Shown here one piece after another: positions 20,242 through 29,642 of a stretch of 64,000 nt of DNA; position 1 is the stretch's first letter, and the number at the start of each line of letters is the position of its first letter. Under the pieces are notes generated by a model. It searched no databases, had not been told where the DNA came from, and saw only the letters and a list, made by a program, of their open reading frames with translations. The stretch is from a virus: positions 1 to 64,000 of the IMG/VR virus record IMGVR_UViG_3300032293_001310, one strand, 5' to 3'. Both the position numbers and the translations under genes were made by a program.

Positions 20242-23200
20242 ATGGCAATCGAACAAAATGGAAATTATAGCCCTTCAGAACGCATCGTTTCGCCTGGTGT
20301 ATTCACCAGAGAAATAGATCAGTCGTTTCTTGCACAGGGTGTAGCAGCAATCGGCGGTGTGGTAGTCGCTCCGTTCCCAAAAGGACCGGGCTTTTCACCA
20401 ACCGTGATCAATAGTGAAGGTGACTTAACTAGCATATTCGGTGATGCAGATGGTACGCTATACGGACCAATCACTGCACAGCAATATCTTCGTCAACAAG
20501 GACAAGTAACAGTTGTTCGTGTTGGTGGTCTTTCCGGATACAACCAGAAACAGGGACTATTTGTCACCGCACTACCTGGTCAATATGCCAGATTCGTTGA
20601 AACTGGTAGTGTATCTGGATCTTTGCTGGATTCTACACTATATCCAAATTCTTCGGTAGATCACGAATTTTATATCACGGGCAGCGTTAGTGTCACTTTT
20701 GACAGTGGATACTATGAAGGAGAAACGATTGAAATTGGTACCTTGCAAGTAAAAACTTGGAAACGTACTTCCACTATGTTGTATGGAGCATCAACTGCAT
20801 CCGGAGACTGCTTGGATACATTTGTTGCAACCGCTTCATTTGAAAATACTCCAATTACTATCATTGGTTCTGCTCCATGGAACGGTGTAAAAGTTCAACA
20901 ACTCACGATACGTAGAGTACCAGGAGCATGCGACTTTGAATTGGAAATAGAAGCAATTCTTTCTGGTTCATACGGTCCATTCAATCCAAATGCATTTACT
21001 GCTGGCACAATATCCTCGGAAGATGGTTGCGGAAGCGCTTCAGCAATTCCTGCAAGAGACGAAGTTGTATTGGCGGTACTAGCAAATACAGCATACGACC
21101 GTGGCCAAAATCTATACGGATTTAGCGGATCGCTGTTGTATACATCATCCGCAGCGGCAGTTACTACGGATTTTTCTCTCGCGCTAAATACAATCTACAC
21201 CGATGGAAGTGGCAATACCGCAAGTTCGTCTTACGGTACATATCGTTTCTCGTTGGATGAAGAATCGAACAGTTACATCACCAATGTATTTGGTACCGAT
21301 CCAAAGGCTGGATTCGTTCCAGTTGCTGCCGGTCAAAAGATTGAAGCGGCCTACACATACAAGAATTTCAAGAGCCGTACAAAAACGGTGATAAATGAAA
21401 TGCTTGCGTCCGGTAGTTGGAAGATTGCAATTGCTACTCGCAACGCACTTGTGTTTGAAGACGGCATCGAACCAGCAGACGGTACTTCTACGTTCGATCT
21501 TACGAACGCATACACACCGTTCATTCGCTCACAGTTGATCGCTCCTTTCACCGGAAGTGGAGTTTCTTCTAGTGCAGCATATGATCTGTTCAAGGTTCAT
21601 ACACTAACAGACGGTACATCTGCAAATACCGCATATAAGGTTGAAATATCAAACGTTAAATCCGCAGGTTCTATACCGGGAAGTTCGTATGGGTCATTCA
21701 CATTGGCTGTTCGCAGTTATAGCGACACCGACCTGAAGCCTGTATATCTAGAACGCTTTGACAATCTAAGTTTGGATGTCAATAGCGCCAACTACATCGC
21801 TCGTCGTATCGGCGATACATACAACTATATTGACTTCAATGGTAAGATTCTGGAATTCGGAGACTTCCCACAAAAGAGTAAATATATCCGCGTCGAAATG
21901 GCTACTGCTCCATGGCCAGTAGACTCAATCCCATACGGATTTGGTCCATATGCTGCACCAGTTGGTGGAGACTTTGCCCGTCTAGGTAAGGTCACTCCAA
22001 TGCAATACTGTTCCGCGTCTGCATATTTGCTACAACCGGGCAGATATGCTTCTGGAATAGTATTCCAGCCAGCCCCTGCACAAGCCGATGATGAACTAAA
22101 GGCGCTGTATCCAAACGGCTCATCCGTTGGTCCAGAATTGGATAACAAGCAATATTTTGCTCCAATACCTCAAGGTTCTTCTGTGGGTAAGAATGTTGCG
22201 TTCGACTTGGAAACATATTGCGGAGTTTCTCCACTGTATGTCGCTTCTCAAGAAAACACAAACGTAAAGAAACGTCGCTTTGTGCTAGGATTCCAAGGCG
22301 GATTCGATGGTCAATCTCCTTCTGTTCCATTGTTGATTGGTAATGATATATTACCAACAAATCAACAAGGACTAGATTGCGCGACATCGACAAGCCGTGG
22401 TACATATGCATACAGACAAGCAATCGCTGCTCTAAGTAATGCAGATGAGTTTGATTTCAACCTCATCACAACGCCTGGTGTAAATTATCAACATCACGCA
22501 TATATATCATCAGCAATTGTTGATATGTGCGAACGCCGTGGCGATGCATTCTATATCATGGATGTTGCTCCAAACCAAAGTGCTGGTGCATCTTCCATAC
22601 AGAACGCAGTTGATCTCGCTGGTCAGTTTGACACAAACTACGCCGCGACATACTATCCTTGGGTCAAGGTAGTTGAAACAAACAGCAATAAGATTATGCC
22701 GGTTCCTCCTTCGGTCGTAATGATGAGCGTTTATGCAGCAAACGATAAGGTTGCAGCCGAATGGTTTGCTCCAGCAGGTCTAAACCGTGGTGGTATTCCA
22801 ACCGCCGTATCTGTTGCTGACAGATTGACACATACTGAACGTGACACTCTATACGAAGGTCACGTAAACCCAATCGCCGCATTTCCTGGTCAAGGTGTTG
22901 TGGCTTGGGGTCAGAAGACGCTACAACGCAATCCAAGCGCATTGGATCGCGTAAATGTTCGCCGTCTATTGATTGCGTTGAAGAAGTTCATCGCTTCTTC
23001 TTCGAGATTCCTAGTATTCGAACAGAATGTAGCAACAACCCGTCAGCGCTTCCTGAATATCGTAAATCCATATTTGGAAAGCGTACAACAACGTTCTGGC
23101 GTATATGCCTTCAAGGTTGTTATGGATGACAGCAACAATACACCTGATCTAGTTGATCGTGGTATATTGTATGGTCAAATCTATATTCAGCCAACACGTA

Positions 23201-23265
23201 CCGCTGAAATGATTGTATTGGACTTCAATGTACTACCAACTGGTGCTGCATTTCCAGGAGCCTAA
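20242..23265 (+). CDS. Contractile tail sheath protein
   Basis: VSPGVFTREID N-term; YYPWV, WFAPAGLNRG, VNPI..FPGQG...WGQKT, RVNVRRL, VFEQN, IYIQPTRTAE. Confidence 0.95.
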   Translation: MAIEQNGNYSPSERIVSPGVFTREIDQSFLAQGVAAIGGVVVAPFPKGPGFSPTVINSEGDLTSIFGDADGTLYGPITAQQYLRQQGQVTVVRVGGLSGYNQKQGLFVTALPGQYARFVETGSVSGSLLDSTLYPNSSVDHEFYITGSVSVTFDSGYYEGETIEIGTLQVKTWKRTSTMLYGASTASGDCLDTFVATASFENTPITIIGSAPWNGVKVQQLTIRRVPGACDFELEIEAILSGSYGPFNPNAFTAGTISSEDGCGSASAIPARDEVVLAVLANTAYDRGQNLYGFSGSLLYTSSAAAVTTDFSLALNTIYTDGSGNTASSSYGTYRFSLDEESNSYITNVFGTDPKAGFVPVAAGQKIEAAYTYKNFKSRTKTVINEMLASGSWKIAIATRNALVFEDGIEPADGTSTFDLTNAYTPFIRSQLIAPFTGSGVSSSAAYDLFKVHTLTDGTSANTAYKVEISNVKSAGSIPGSSYGSFTLAVRSYSDTDLKPVYLERFDNLSLDVNSANYIARRIGDTYNYIDFNGKILEFGDFPQKSKYIRVEMATAPWPVDSIPYGFGPYAAPVGGDFARLGKVTPMQYCSASAYLLQPGRYASGIVFQPAPAQADDELKALYPNGSSVGPELDNKQYFAPIPQGSSVGKNVAFDLETYCGVSPLYVASQENTNVKKRRFVLGFQGGFDGQSPSVPLLIGNDILPTNQQGLDCATSTSRGTYAYRQAIAALSNADEFDFNLITTPGVNYQHHAYISSAIVDMCERRGDAFYIMDVAPNQSAGASSIQNAVDLAGQFDTNYAATYYPWVKVVETNSNKIMPVPPSVVMMSVYAANDKVAAEWFAPAGLNRGGIPTAVSVADRLTHTERDTLYEGHVNPIAAFPGQGVVAWGQKTLQRNPSALDRVNVRRLLIALKKFIASSSRFLVFEQNVATTRQRFLNIVNPYLESVQQRSGVYAFKVVMDDSNNTPDLVDRGILYGQIYIQPTRTAEMIVLDFNVLPTGAAFPGA

Positions 23266-23284
23266 TATATAAAAAGTTAAAATC

Positions 23285-23312
23285 AAAAGCCCACCGAAAG
23301 GTGGGCTTTTTT
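23285..23312 (+). terminator. Rho-independent terminator
   Basis: aaaagcccacc-gaaa-ggtgggctttttt. Confidence 0.9.
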
Positions 23313-23349
23313 ATTGCTATTTGATGAACATCTGCTATATTTATAAAAT

Positions 23350-23913
23350 ATGCATATACTCCTAAAAACTCTATTAAAAGAAGTAGAAGAAAAGTCTCCC
23401 TTAAAATATCAAATGTATGTGGATATGGACGGAGTTCTTGTAAATCTTGATAAAGGGTTCAAGGCAGTTTCTGGTGGATTATCTCCAAAGGAATACGAAG
23501 ATAAAAATGGTAAAAACACTTTTTGGAAAGTAGTAAATAAAAATCCCAACTTCTGGCTTGAGTTAGAACCATTACCAGATGCTAAAGTTTTGTGGGACTA
23601 TATAAAAGATACGTTTGAAGATCCTCCTGCGGTTGTGTTGAGTGCTGGACAAGGAAATAAAATAACAGAACAAAAAACTGCGTGGATACGTAAGCATATA
23701 GATCCCAGTGTCAAAGTCATCATAGCAAAATCTGGCATTAAAAAATCGGAATATATTATTGACGGCGCGGGTACTAAACTTACTCATATACTACTTGATG
23801 ATACAGACAAGAATATAACTGCTTGGGAAAATTCCGGTGAAAATAGAATTGCTATTTTACATAAAGATGCGGCGAGCAGCATAAATAAGATTAAACAGAT
23901 TGTGTCTGTATGA
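23350..23913 (+). CDS. HAD-superfamily 5'(3')-nucleotidase-like protein with N-terminal helical leader
   Basis: YVDMDGVL (motif I), VLSA (II), K..W, LLDD..KN (IV). Confidence 0.8.
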   Translation: MHILLKTLLKEVEEKSPLKYQMYVDMDGVLVNLDKGFKAVSGGLSPKEYEDKNGKNTFWKVVNKNPNFWLELEPLPDAKVLWDYIKDTFEDPPAVVLSAGQGNKITEQKTAWIRKHIDPSVKVIIAKSGIKKSEYIIDGAGTKLTHILLDDTDKNITAWENSGENRIAILHKDAASSINKIKQIVSV

Positions 23914-24158
23914 ATCACGTTTCGCTAAAATCTTTGCTGCTAAAAGAACAATTTCATGTATCCGACATGGTTATGCTTGAAAAGGCGTGCAAGGCTTTTG
24001 CAGACGTATTAATAAAAAACAATATTGTAGCACATCATCATAAAGATCTTACAGCAGCAGATACTCCTATATCTCAATATTCAGAAGATATAGCAGAAGT
24101 TGTTCGCAATGAAGTAATCAAATGGATGGATGTAGCAAACGGACGAGGTGGCAGATGA
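23910..24158 (+). CDS. Hypothetical protein with N-terminal helical leader
   Basis: ATGA-coupled on both sides; MNHVSLKSLLLKE. Confidence 0.6.
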   Translation: MNHVSLKSLLLKEQFHVSDMVMLEKACKAFADVLIKNNIVAHHHKDLTAADTPISQYSEDIAEVVRNEVIKWMDVANGRGGR

Positions 24159-25063
24159 ATTATCCTTTATACAACGACAAACTTGCTCCTATATGGAACA
24201 TCAATGAAGATGGCGCGAGACTTGATGATGAAGTAAGAAAATCGCTCATCAAGATTGCGATGGATTTTGTGCAGGATCTAAAAAAGAACCAAGATATAAA
24301 CATCAAGATCGATGACATACTTCTTATTGGTTCTATCACCAATTATAATTGGACGCCATATTCAGATATTGATCTACATATATCAACCGATTTTTCCAAA
24401 CTTGATATGAGCAAAGAAGATGCACAGGCTATGTTTGATGCGATTAAAACTGGTTGGAATAGCAAGCACGACATTGTGATGAAAAACTTTGATGTTGAGT
24501 TATATGTTGAAGATATAGGGGCAGAACAGGTGTCTGCATCGAAGTATAGCGTTCTAAGAAATGAATGGATAAAAGAACCAAAGAAAGAAAGTCCAAACTT
24601 CAATAAGTCGCTTATAAAAAAGAAGTATAAAGAATACTCAAAGAAGATAGATGACTTGATGGATGCAGACAGCGAAAAGCCGCTAAAAGATTTACTCGAA
24701 AAGATATACAAGTTTCGTCAAGCGGGATTAGATAAGGGCGGAGAACTAAGTGAAGAAAATATTGTATTCAAGATACTAAGAGCAAGGGGCAAGTTGGATA
24801 AACTAAAAGACACTATATCAGCGATTTACGACGATAAGATGAGTGTCGATGAAATCGCCATGAACAATAGTTATTATGAGAAGGATGTTCAAGACGCGGC
24901 AGATGATATATATGCGATTGCAAAAGCGTTAAAAGTATATCCAGATATTGAACCATATATCAAAAAGATATCATTAAAATACAAGAAGTATTCGGACGAT
25001 GTGCATATAGACATCGCAAGGGCATTTTCAAAGCTTAGAAAACAACAAATAAAAACATCTTGA
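24155..25063 (+). CDS. Pol-beta-superfamily nucleotidyltransferase
   Basis: ATG at 24155; LIGS..NYNW..YSDIDLH (GS...DxD), third acid in VELYVE. Confidence 0.75.
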   Translation: MNYPLYNDKLAPIWNINEDGARLDDEVRKSLIKIAMDFVQDLKKNQDINIKIDDILLIGSITNYNWTPYSDIDLHISTDFSKLDMSKEDAQAMFDAIKTGWNSKHDIVMKNFDVELYVEDIGAEQVSASKYSVLRNEWIKEPKKESPNFNKSLIKKKYKEYSKKIDDLMDADSEKPLKDLLEKIYKFRQAGLDKGGELSEENIVFKILRARGKLDKLKDTISAIYDDKMSVDEIAMNNSYYEKDVQDAADDIYAIAKALKVYPDIEPYIKKISLKYKKYSDDVHIDIARAFSKLRKQQIKTS

Positions 25064-25087
25064 CATAATATATCGGCGTGATAATAT
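25060..25087 (+). promoter_or_regulatory. sigma70-type promoter, probably leaderless
   Basis: TTGACA-N16-TAATAT with extended TG; ATG 6 nt after the -10. Confidence 0.6.
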
Positions 25088-25093
25088 GTCGGT

Positions 25094-25783
25094 ATGCTAA
25101 AGAATATTAAGTTTGCCCGGTTTGGCGGGCTTAGTTCAGTCAATCAAAAGGGATATGATTCGAACTGTGATGGCTATCATTCTCCTCCCGCCAAGCGTGG
25201 CTTTTATGCGTTTCTTTGGCCGCATTATGAGTTCTTTCTTCTCAGCGGTGGATTATGGACAAACTATCCTTGGTCAATAGGCACCAAGTTCAGTTACTTG
25301 AAAGACGCAAAGGGTAATATCATTGACGAAAATCATCCTGATCATGAATACTTTTCCAGCACAGGAAAGTATTGGAGCATTCCCACCAAAGAATGGTATT
25401 TTCATCAGAAGAAACATCCTGAATATGAAGACCCCGAATATGATGCTAAGTTGGAGGCACATTGTATTGATTGGGAAACAAATCACGGAGATAAGCCCAA
25501 GTGGGTGTTGGTCCAAAAGCCTTCGCCCAGAATCTTTGAGTACAAAGGAAATATCTGGCATCATTTGACCTGCTATCTTGGACCTTCTGGTGCACTGAAG
25601 CAGAAAGGCGGTTGGACTCTTTCGCCGTTTGACGAATACGCAAAAGCATTACAAAAAAACATGCACGCTGGTCGCAGGACACAGTGCGAATACAGTTCCA
25701 AAAAAGGACTACCGAAGTCCAACAAAAATCCTTATGTGGGAATATCCAAGGATCATTTGGAAGTTTTTATTGAGAAAATTTGA
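25094..25783 (+). CDS. Hypothetical protein (moron-like)
   Basis: 229-aa ORF with its own promoter; aromatic-rich; no recognised family. Confidence 0.65.
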   Translation: MLKNIKFARFGGLSSVNQKGYDSNCDGYHSPPAKRGFYAFLWPHYEFFLLSGGLWTNYPWSIGTKFSYLKDAKGNIIDENHPDHEYFSSTGKYWSIPTKEWYFHQKKHPEYEDPEYDAKLEAHCIDWETNHGDKPKWVLVQKPSPRIFEYKGNIWHHLTCYLGPSGALKQKGGWTLSPFDEYAKALQKNMHAGRRTQCEYSSKKGLPKSNKNPYVGISKDHLEVFIEKI

Positions 25784-25884
25784 GTAGTTGGTGTATATTT
25801 ATAATGTATATAAAAAGTGAGCATTTGTTGGAATACCTTGTTAAAAAAAAGTACCAAAAAATGCAGCATTTTATATTTTGTGCT

Positions 25885-25897
25885 ATATTTATAAATA
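25885..25897 (+). promoter_or_regulatory. Putative late promoter motif ATA(T/G)TTATA (representative site, upstream of tail tube)
   Basis: The same motif occurs at 5765, 8351, 13270, 15672, 20201, 23337, 26565, 33358, 37157, 43785/43819 and 61432, with a CTATTTATA variant at 52787; all lie shortly upstream of structural-type genes. Confidence 0.6.
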
Positions 25898-25926
25898 GAA
25901 AAAGAACACTTAACCAATAAAATACT

Positions 25927-26415
25927 ATGGCAGAACTACTAGACCAGAATCAAATATTTTTTACGGCCTTCGAGCCCAAGGTGCAGAACCGTTTCATCAT
26001 GAACATCGATGGAATTCCTGCATACCTGATCAAAGCCGCAGCACGTCCGAACATTAACGTCGGAACAATCACATTGGATCACATTAACTTGAAGCGTAAA
26101 CTCAAGGGTAAGAGTGAATGGCAAGATATTTCAATTACATTGTACGACCCAATCGTTCCATCTGCTGCACAGGCTGCTATGGAATGGGTACGTCTTGCAC
26201 ACGAGTCTGTTACCGGTCGTAACGGCTATGCTGATATGTACAAGAAGGATATTCAAATTCAAGTTCTTGGTCCTGTTGGCGACGTTGTTGAAAAATGGGA
26301 TATCAAAGGTGCGTTTCCCAACTCAGTGAACTTCCAAACCATGGATTGGGCAAATGCAGAAGCAATGACAGTTGAAATAACACTGTCTATGGATTATTGC
26401 ATCCTACAGTTCTAA
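25927..26415 (+). CDS. Tail tube protein (T4 gp19-like)
   Basis: FEPK..NRF, W..I.ITLYDPI, YKKDI....LGPVGD.VE.W.IKGAFP, L.MDY. Confidence 0.9.
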   Translation: MAELLDQNQIFFTAFEPKVQNRFIMNIDGIPAYLIKAAARPNINVGTITLDHINLKRKLKGKSEWQDISITLYDPIVPSAAQAAMEWVRLAHESVTGRNGYADMYKKDIQIQVLGPVGDVVEKWDIKGAFPNSVNFQTMDWANAEAMTVEITLSMDYCILQF

Positions 26416-26440
26416 TATTATTATTATAGTGTTCTGTATT

Positions 26441-26471
26441 AAACCCTCACCATAAAAAGTGGGGGTTTTTT
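26441..26471 (+). terminator. Rho-independent terminator
   Basis: aaaccctcac-cataaaaa-gtgggggtttttt. Confidence 0.75.
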
Positions 26472-26479
26472 ATTTTATC

Positions 26480-26508
26480 TTGACAAGTTTTCGTCTACCC
26501 CCTATAAC
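26480..26508 (+). promoter_or_regulatory. sigma70-type promoter
   Basis: TTGACA-N17-TATAAC. Confidence 0.5.
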
Positions 26509-26589
26509 CCCGGGTATTACCTGAGTGAAACACAACTATATCATACTTTTTTATAGTATAGTTGATATTTATATATACTTAAAAATATT

Positions 26590-27270
26590 ATGAATAAATC
26601 AGAACTAAAATCTATCATACGTGAAGTAGTTGAGGCAGTAATGAAAGACGACTTTGCTCCATTGGGCGTAGCACAGGAATGGAGATTGGATGAAGCCGGC
26701 CCTCCGGGATTTCCAAAAAAATTAAGAAAGCAGTTGATTACAAAGTATAAAAAGAAATATCCGAATGATGAAAAGCGTGCGATGAAGGCAGCATTTGGTA
26801 CAATGTGGAAGATCTTTTATGCCAAGAAAAAAGGAAACAAAAAAGTAAACGAAATGTGGGAAGCGTGTGAACGTCAAGAGATTGCGGAAATTTCTTTGAC
26901 AGAAAATAATATCAACGAAGCCATACCAGACGAAGATCCAAATGATCCATTGTATGTTGAGTATCTAAGTGATAGACAGGGCGAAGACCCGTTTATGATG
27001 AACGGAACTAAGTGGCAATATGTTAATGCAAAATATCCAAATGGCAAAAAAGATCTTGGTGTGTATTCCTTCGCCGAAGATATGGTTTATGGATACAACG
27101 CTTTTAGAACCAAATTTAATTTAAAAGAAGAAAAAAATGTTAAGGCAAAAAAGCAAGAGCATCCGCACGATGAAACGGACATGAGTAACCCAGAAGAAAA
27201 ACGTGAAGTTGAGTTGGCAAAAAAAGCAAGAGATGCATCTGAAGAAATCTTAAAAATGCACGGAAAATAA
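26590..27270 (+). CDS. Hypothetical multi-module protein with MNKSELKSIIRE leader
   Basis: Leader motif; modules separated by LDE/VNE/INE/LKE. Confidence 0.7.
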   Translation: MNKSELKSIIREVVEAVMKDDFAPLGVAQEWRLDEAGPPGFPKKLRKQLITKYKKKYPNDEKRAMKAAFGTMWKIFYAKKKGNKKVNEMWEACERQEIAEISLTENNINEAIPDEDPNDPLYVEYLSDRQGEDPFMMNGTKWQYVNAKYPNGKKDLGVYSFAEDMVYGYNAFRTKFNLKEEKNVKAKKQEHPHDETDMSNPEEKREVELAKKARDASEEILKMHGK

Positions 27271-27833
27271 TGAATAAGTCTACACTCAAAGAAGTAATTC
27301 AAAATGTGGTTGCTCATAAACTGGCGGAAACCAACGGTGATGCGTCAAAGTATGGATATATTATTTCCGGAAAAGACACCAACGATCCGCACCTTCAGTT
27401 AATAGGTTATGGTAATATGCCAAAAAGTTATTGGCAAAAAAAACTTGACGGATACGCCGACGAGTTGAAGAAGAGAATTAAAGCCGAAGACTGGAATGCG
27501 GCGGTATACTTTATGAAGCAAAGTAGTGTATTCAATCTCGCAGTCAATATGATGAACGAAATATACGAAAAAGATCTTAATGAACTTGATACCACACTCG
27601 ATTCATCTGCTGCTGAAACTGGATTGACTGACGCGGATAAAAAAGAACTAGAGAATCTAAAATCTCAGAGTGACAAACTAACTGCTAATATTAAAAAAAT
27701 AGAAGGCGATATGGCTAAATTGCAACAAACCATTCAGCCAAAGATACAACGGGCAGAACGTGCAAAAGCAAAATTACAAAAGCAACAGTCCGATGTTATT
27801 CGTAAGCAGCAGTCCATACAAGACAGGGCTTGA
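27270..27833 (+). CDS. Hypothetical protein with leader and C-terminal coiled coil
   Basis: MNKSTLKEVIQNVV; TAATG overlap. Confidence 0.7.
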   Translation: MNKSTLKEVIQNVVAHKLAETNGDASKYGYIISGKDTNDPHLQLIGYGNMPKSYWQKKLDGYADELKKRIKAEDWNAAVYFMKQSSVFNLAVNMMNEIYEKDLNELDTTLDSSAAETGLTDADKKELENLKSQSDKLTANIKKIEGDMAKLQQTIQPKIQRAERAKAKLQKQQSDVIRKQQSIQDRA

Positions 27834-27839
27834 TATGTT

Positions 27840-29624
27840 ATGGACAATATCGAGAAACAACTTCTGGAACTCGAAGAAAACCTACATAAATGGTTCAAGG
27901 AGAAATGGGTAAGATTCGGACCAGATGGTAAGATACGTGGTCAATGTGCCAGAGAAAAATCAAGCGAAGGTAAGCCAAAATGTCGTCCACTAAAGTCTGC
28001 ACAAGCGATGGGAAAGAAAGGTAGAGCAACTGCTGCACGCAGAAAGAGACGTGAAGACCCAAATCCAGATCGTAGCGGCAAAGCAAAAAATGTAAAAACC
28101 GAGGCTGATAAGATGGATGAACTAAAGTGCTGGAAGGGATACTCACGAGTACGTGGTGTGCCTGCTGGTGCACCAGGTAGTTGTAAAAAGAAAACAGAGG
28201 AATCTATAACAGAATCTTCCAATTTCTCTATTGAACAACTGGCAACCATTAGCGATGAAGCACTGGATCAAGCATATGGATATGGTCGCAGCACGACGGG
28301 TAATACTTTTGGTTGGCAGGCTAATGTAATGTCTGCAACATATGCTAAAGAAGTAATTGATATGGGCGTCACTGACATCGAAAAAATTGCGAATGCTATT
28401 CACAAAGGATGGAATGTCACGGCAAAAAAGTTTGTTGAAAATCCGGATCAATTTGATGATACTGAAAAACTACGCCAGTCTGGTAAACTGGATAATAAGA
28501 TACAACAAAGAAAAAAATTGATGAATATTGATTACAACCAACTAAGCGATGCCGAAAAAGAAAAGGATCGTGTTGTAGCTCGTGCTTTGTTGCAATCGTT
28601 GAAAAAAGAATTGAGCGAATCTATAACACCAGAAACCATACATAAACTTGCAGACGACTTAGGTATTGAGTGGGACAACGAGCCAAGCTTTCTTGAACTT
28701 ACAAAAGAGTTGACGGGTAAAGAACACTTGGACGATTTAAATCAAGCAGAGTTGATGAAAGTTAAAAACCATTTAGAAAAACAAAATATAGCAGAAACAG
28801 AGGAATTTACTATGGATAATGTAAATGAAAATCATATGTGCCCTATTTGTGGTGGAGAACTTGTGTCAGAACTATTGATGAACGAAAAGAAAGATGCTTG
28901 TTATTATAAAGTTAAATCGCGCTATAAAGTGTGGCCAAGTGCATATGCTTCTGGTGCATTGGTAAAATGCCGTAAAAAAGGAGCAAAGAACTGGGGAACC
29001 AAGTCAGAAGGCGTTGAAGAACTTGATGAAAAATGGAGTGAAAAATATAAGCGTAGCATTGATTGTAGCCAGCCAAAAGGATTCAGTCAAAAAGCACATT
29101 GCCAAGGAAGAAAAAAGAACGAGGAAACACTTATGAAAGAAGAACAACTAAAGAATATAATCAGAGAAATGGTAGATGAACTGTATAAAGAACAGACCCA
29201 GATGCAGGATGAATGTTGGGAATGTTATGAAGCCGCAATGCAGGAAGGTACCGATGAAGTTTGGGAAGAATGTTATCGCAAGACAAATTGGAACATGGTA
29301 CCAGAAGGTGAAGAACACACCTGCGAAGGTGACACATTTTATGAAGTATACGGGGACCAGAGGTATGAAGCCGATGTAATTGAAGAAGCAGAATATCGTG
29401 GTCGTAAAGTAAAACTCGGAAAGCCAATGAGAGGCGATGTCAAGAAGTTTAAAGTGTATGTTAGAAAACCAAACGGTAAAGTTGTAAAAGTCAATTTCGG
29501 TGACAAGAAGATGCGCATTAAGAAGAGTAATCCGAAACGCCGCAAGAGTTTTAGAGCAAGGCATAATTGTAAAAATCCTGGCCCAAGATGGAAAGCACGT
29601 TATTGGAGTTGCAGAAAGTGGTAA
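27840..29624 (+). CDS. Polyprotein-like chain of small basic Cys-containing modules plus a RyR-like module
   Basis: KWFKEKWV..GKPKCRP; CWKGY..GSCKK; DACY.KVKSRY.VWPSAYASG; KWS.KYK.SIDC..PKGFSQKAHC; AEYRGRKV.L.KP...FRARHNC...YWSC. Confidence 0.7.
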   Translation: MDNIEKQLLELEENLHKWFKEKWVRFGPDGKIRGQCAREKSSEGKPKCRPLKSAQAMGKKGRATAARRKRREDPNPDRSGKAKNVKTEADKMDELKCWKGYSRVRGVPAGAPGSCKKKTEESITESSNFSIEQLATISDEALDQAYGYGRSTTGNTFGWQANVMSATYAKEVIDMGVTDIEKIANAIHKGWNVTAKKFVENPDQFDDTEKLRQSGKLDNKIQQRKKLMNIDYNQLSDAEKEKDRVVARALLQSLKKELSESITPETIHKLADDLGIEWDNEPSFLELTKELTGKEHLDDLNQAELMKVKNHLEKQNIAETEEFTMDNVNENHMCPICGGELVSELLMNEKKDACYYKVKSRYKVWPSAYASGALVKCRKKGAKNWGTKSEGVEELDEKWSEKYKRSIDCSQPKGFSQKAHCQGRKKNEETLMKEEQLKNIIREMVDELYKEQTQMQDECWECYEAAMQEGTDEVWEECYRKTNWNMVPEGEEHTCEGDTFYEVYGDQRYEADVIEEAEYRGRKVKLGKPMRGDVKKFKVYVRKPNGKVVKVNFGDKKMRIKKSNPKRRKSFRARHNCKNPGPRWKARYWSCRKW

Positions 29625-29642
29625 AAATTAGATACTGTTAAT

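Noticed and set aside
26510-26540. Hammerhead ribozyme suggested by CTGAGTGAAA
   Set aside because: It lacks the CUGAnGA core and there is no stem II between the core elements.
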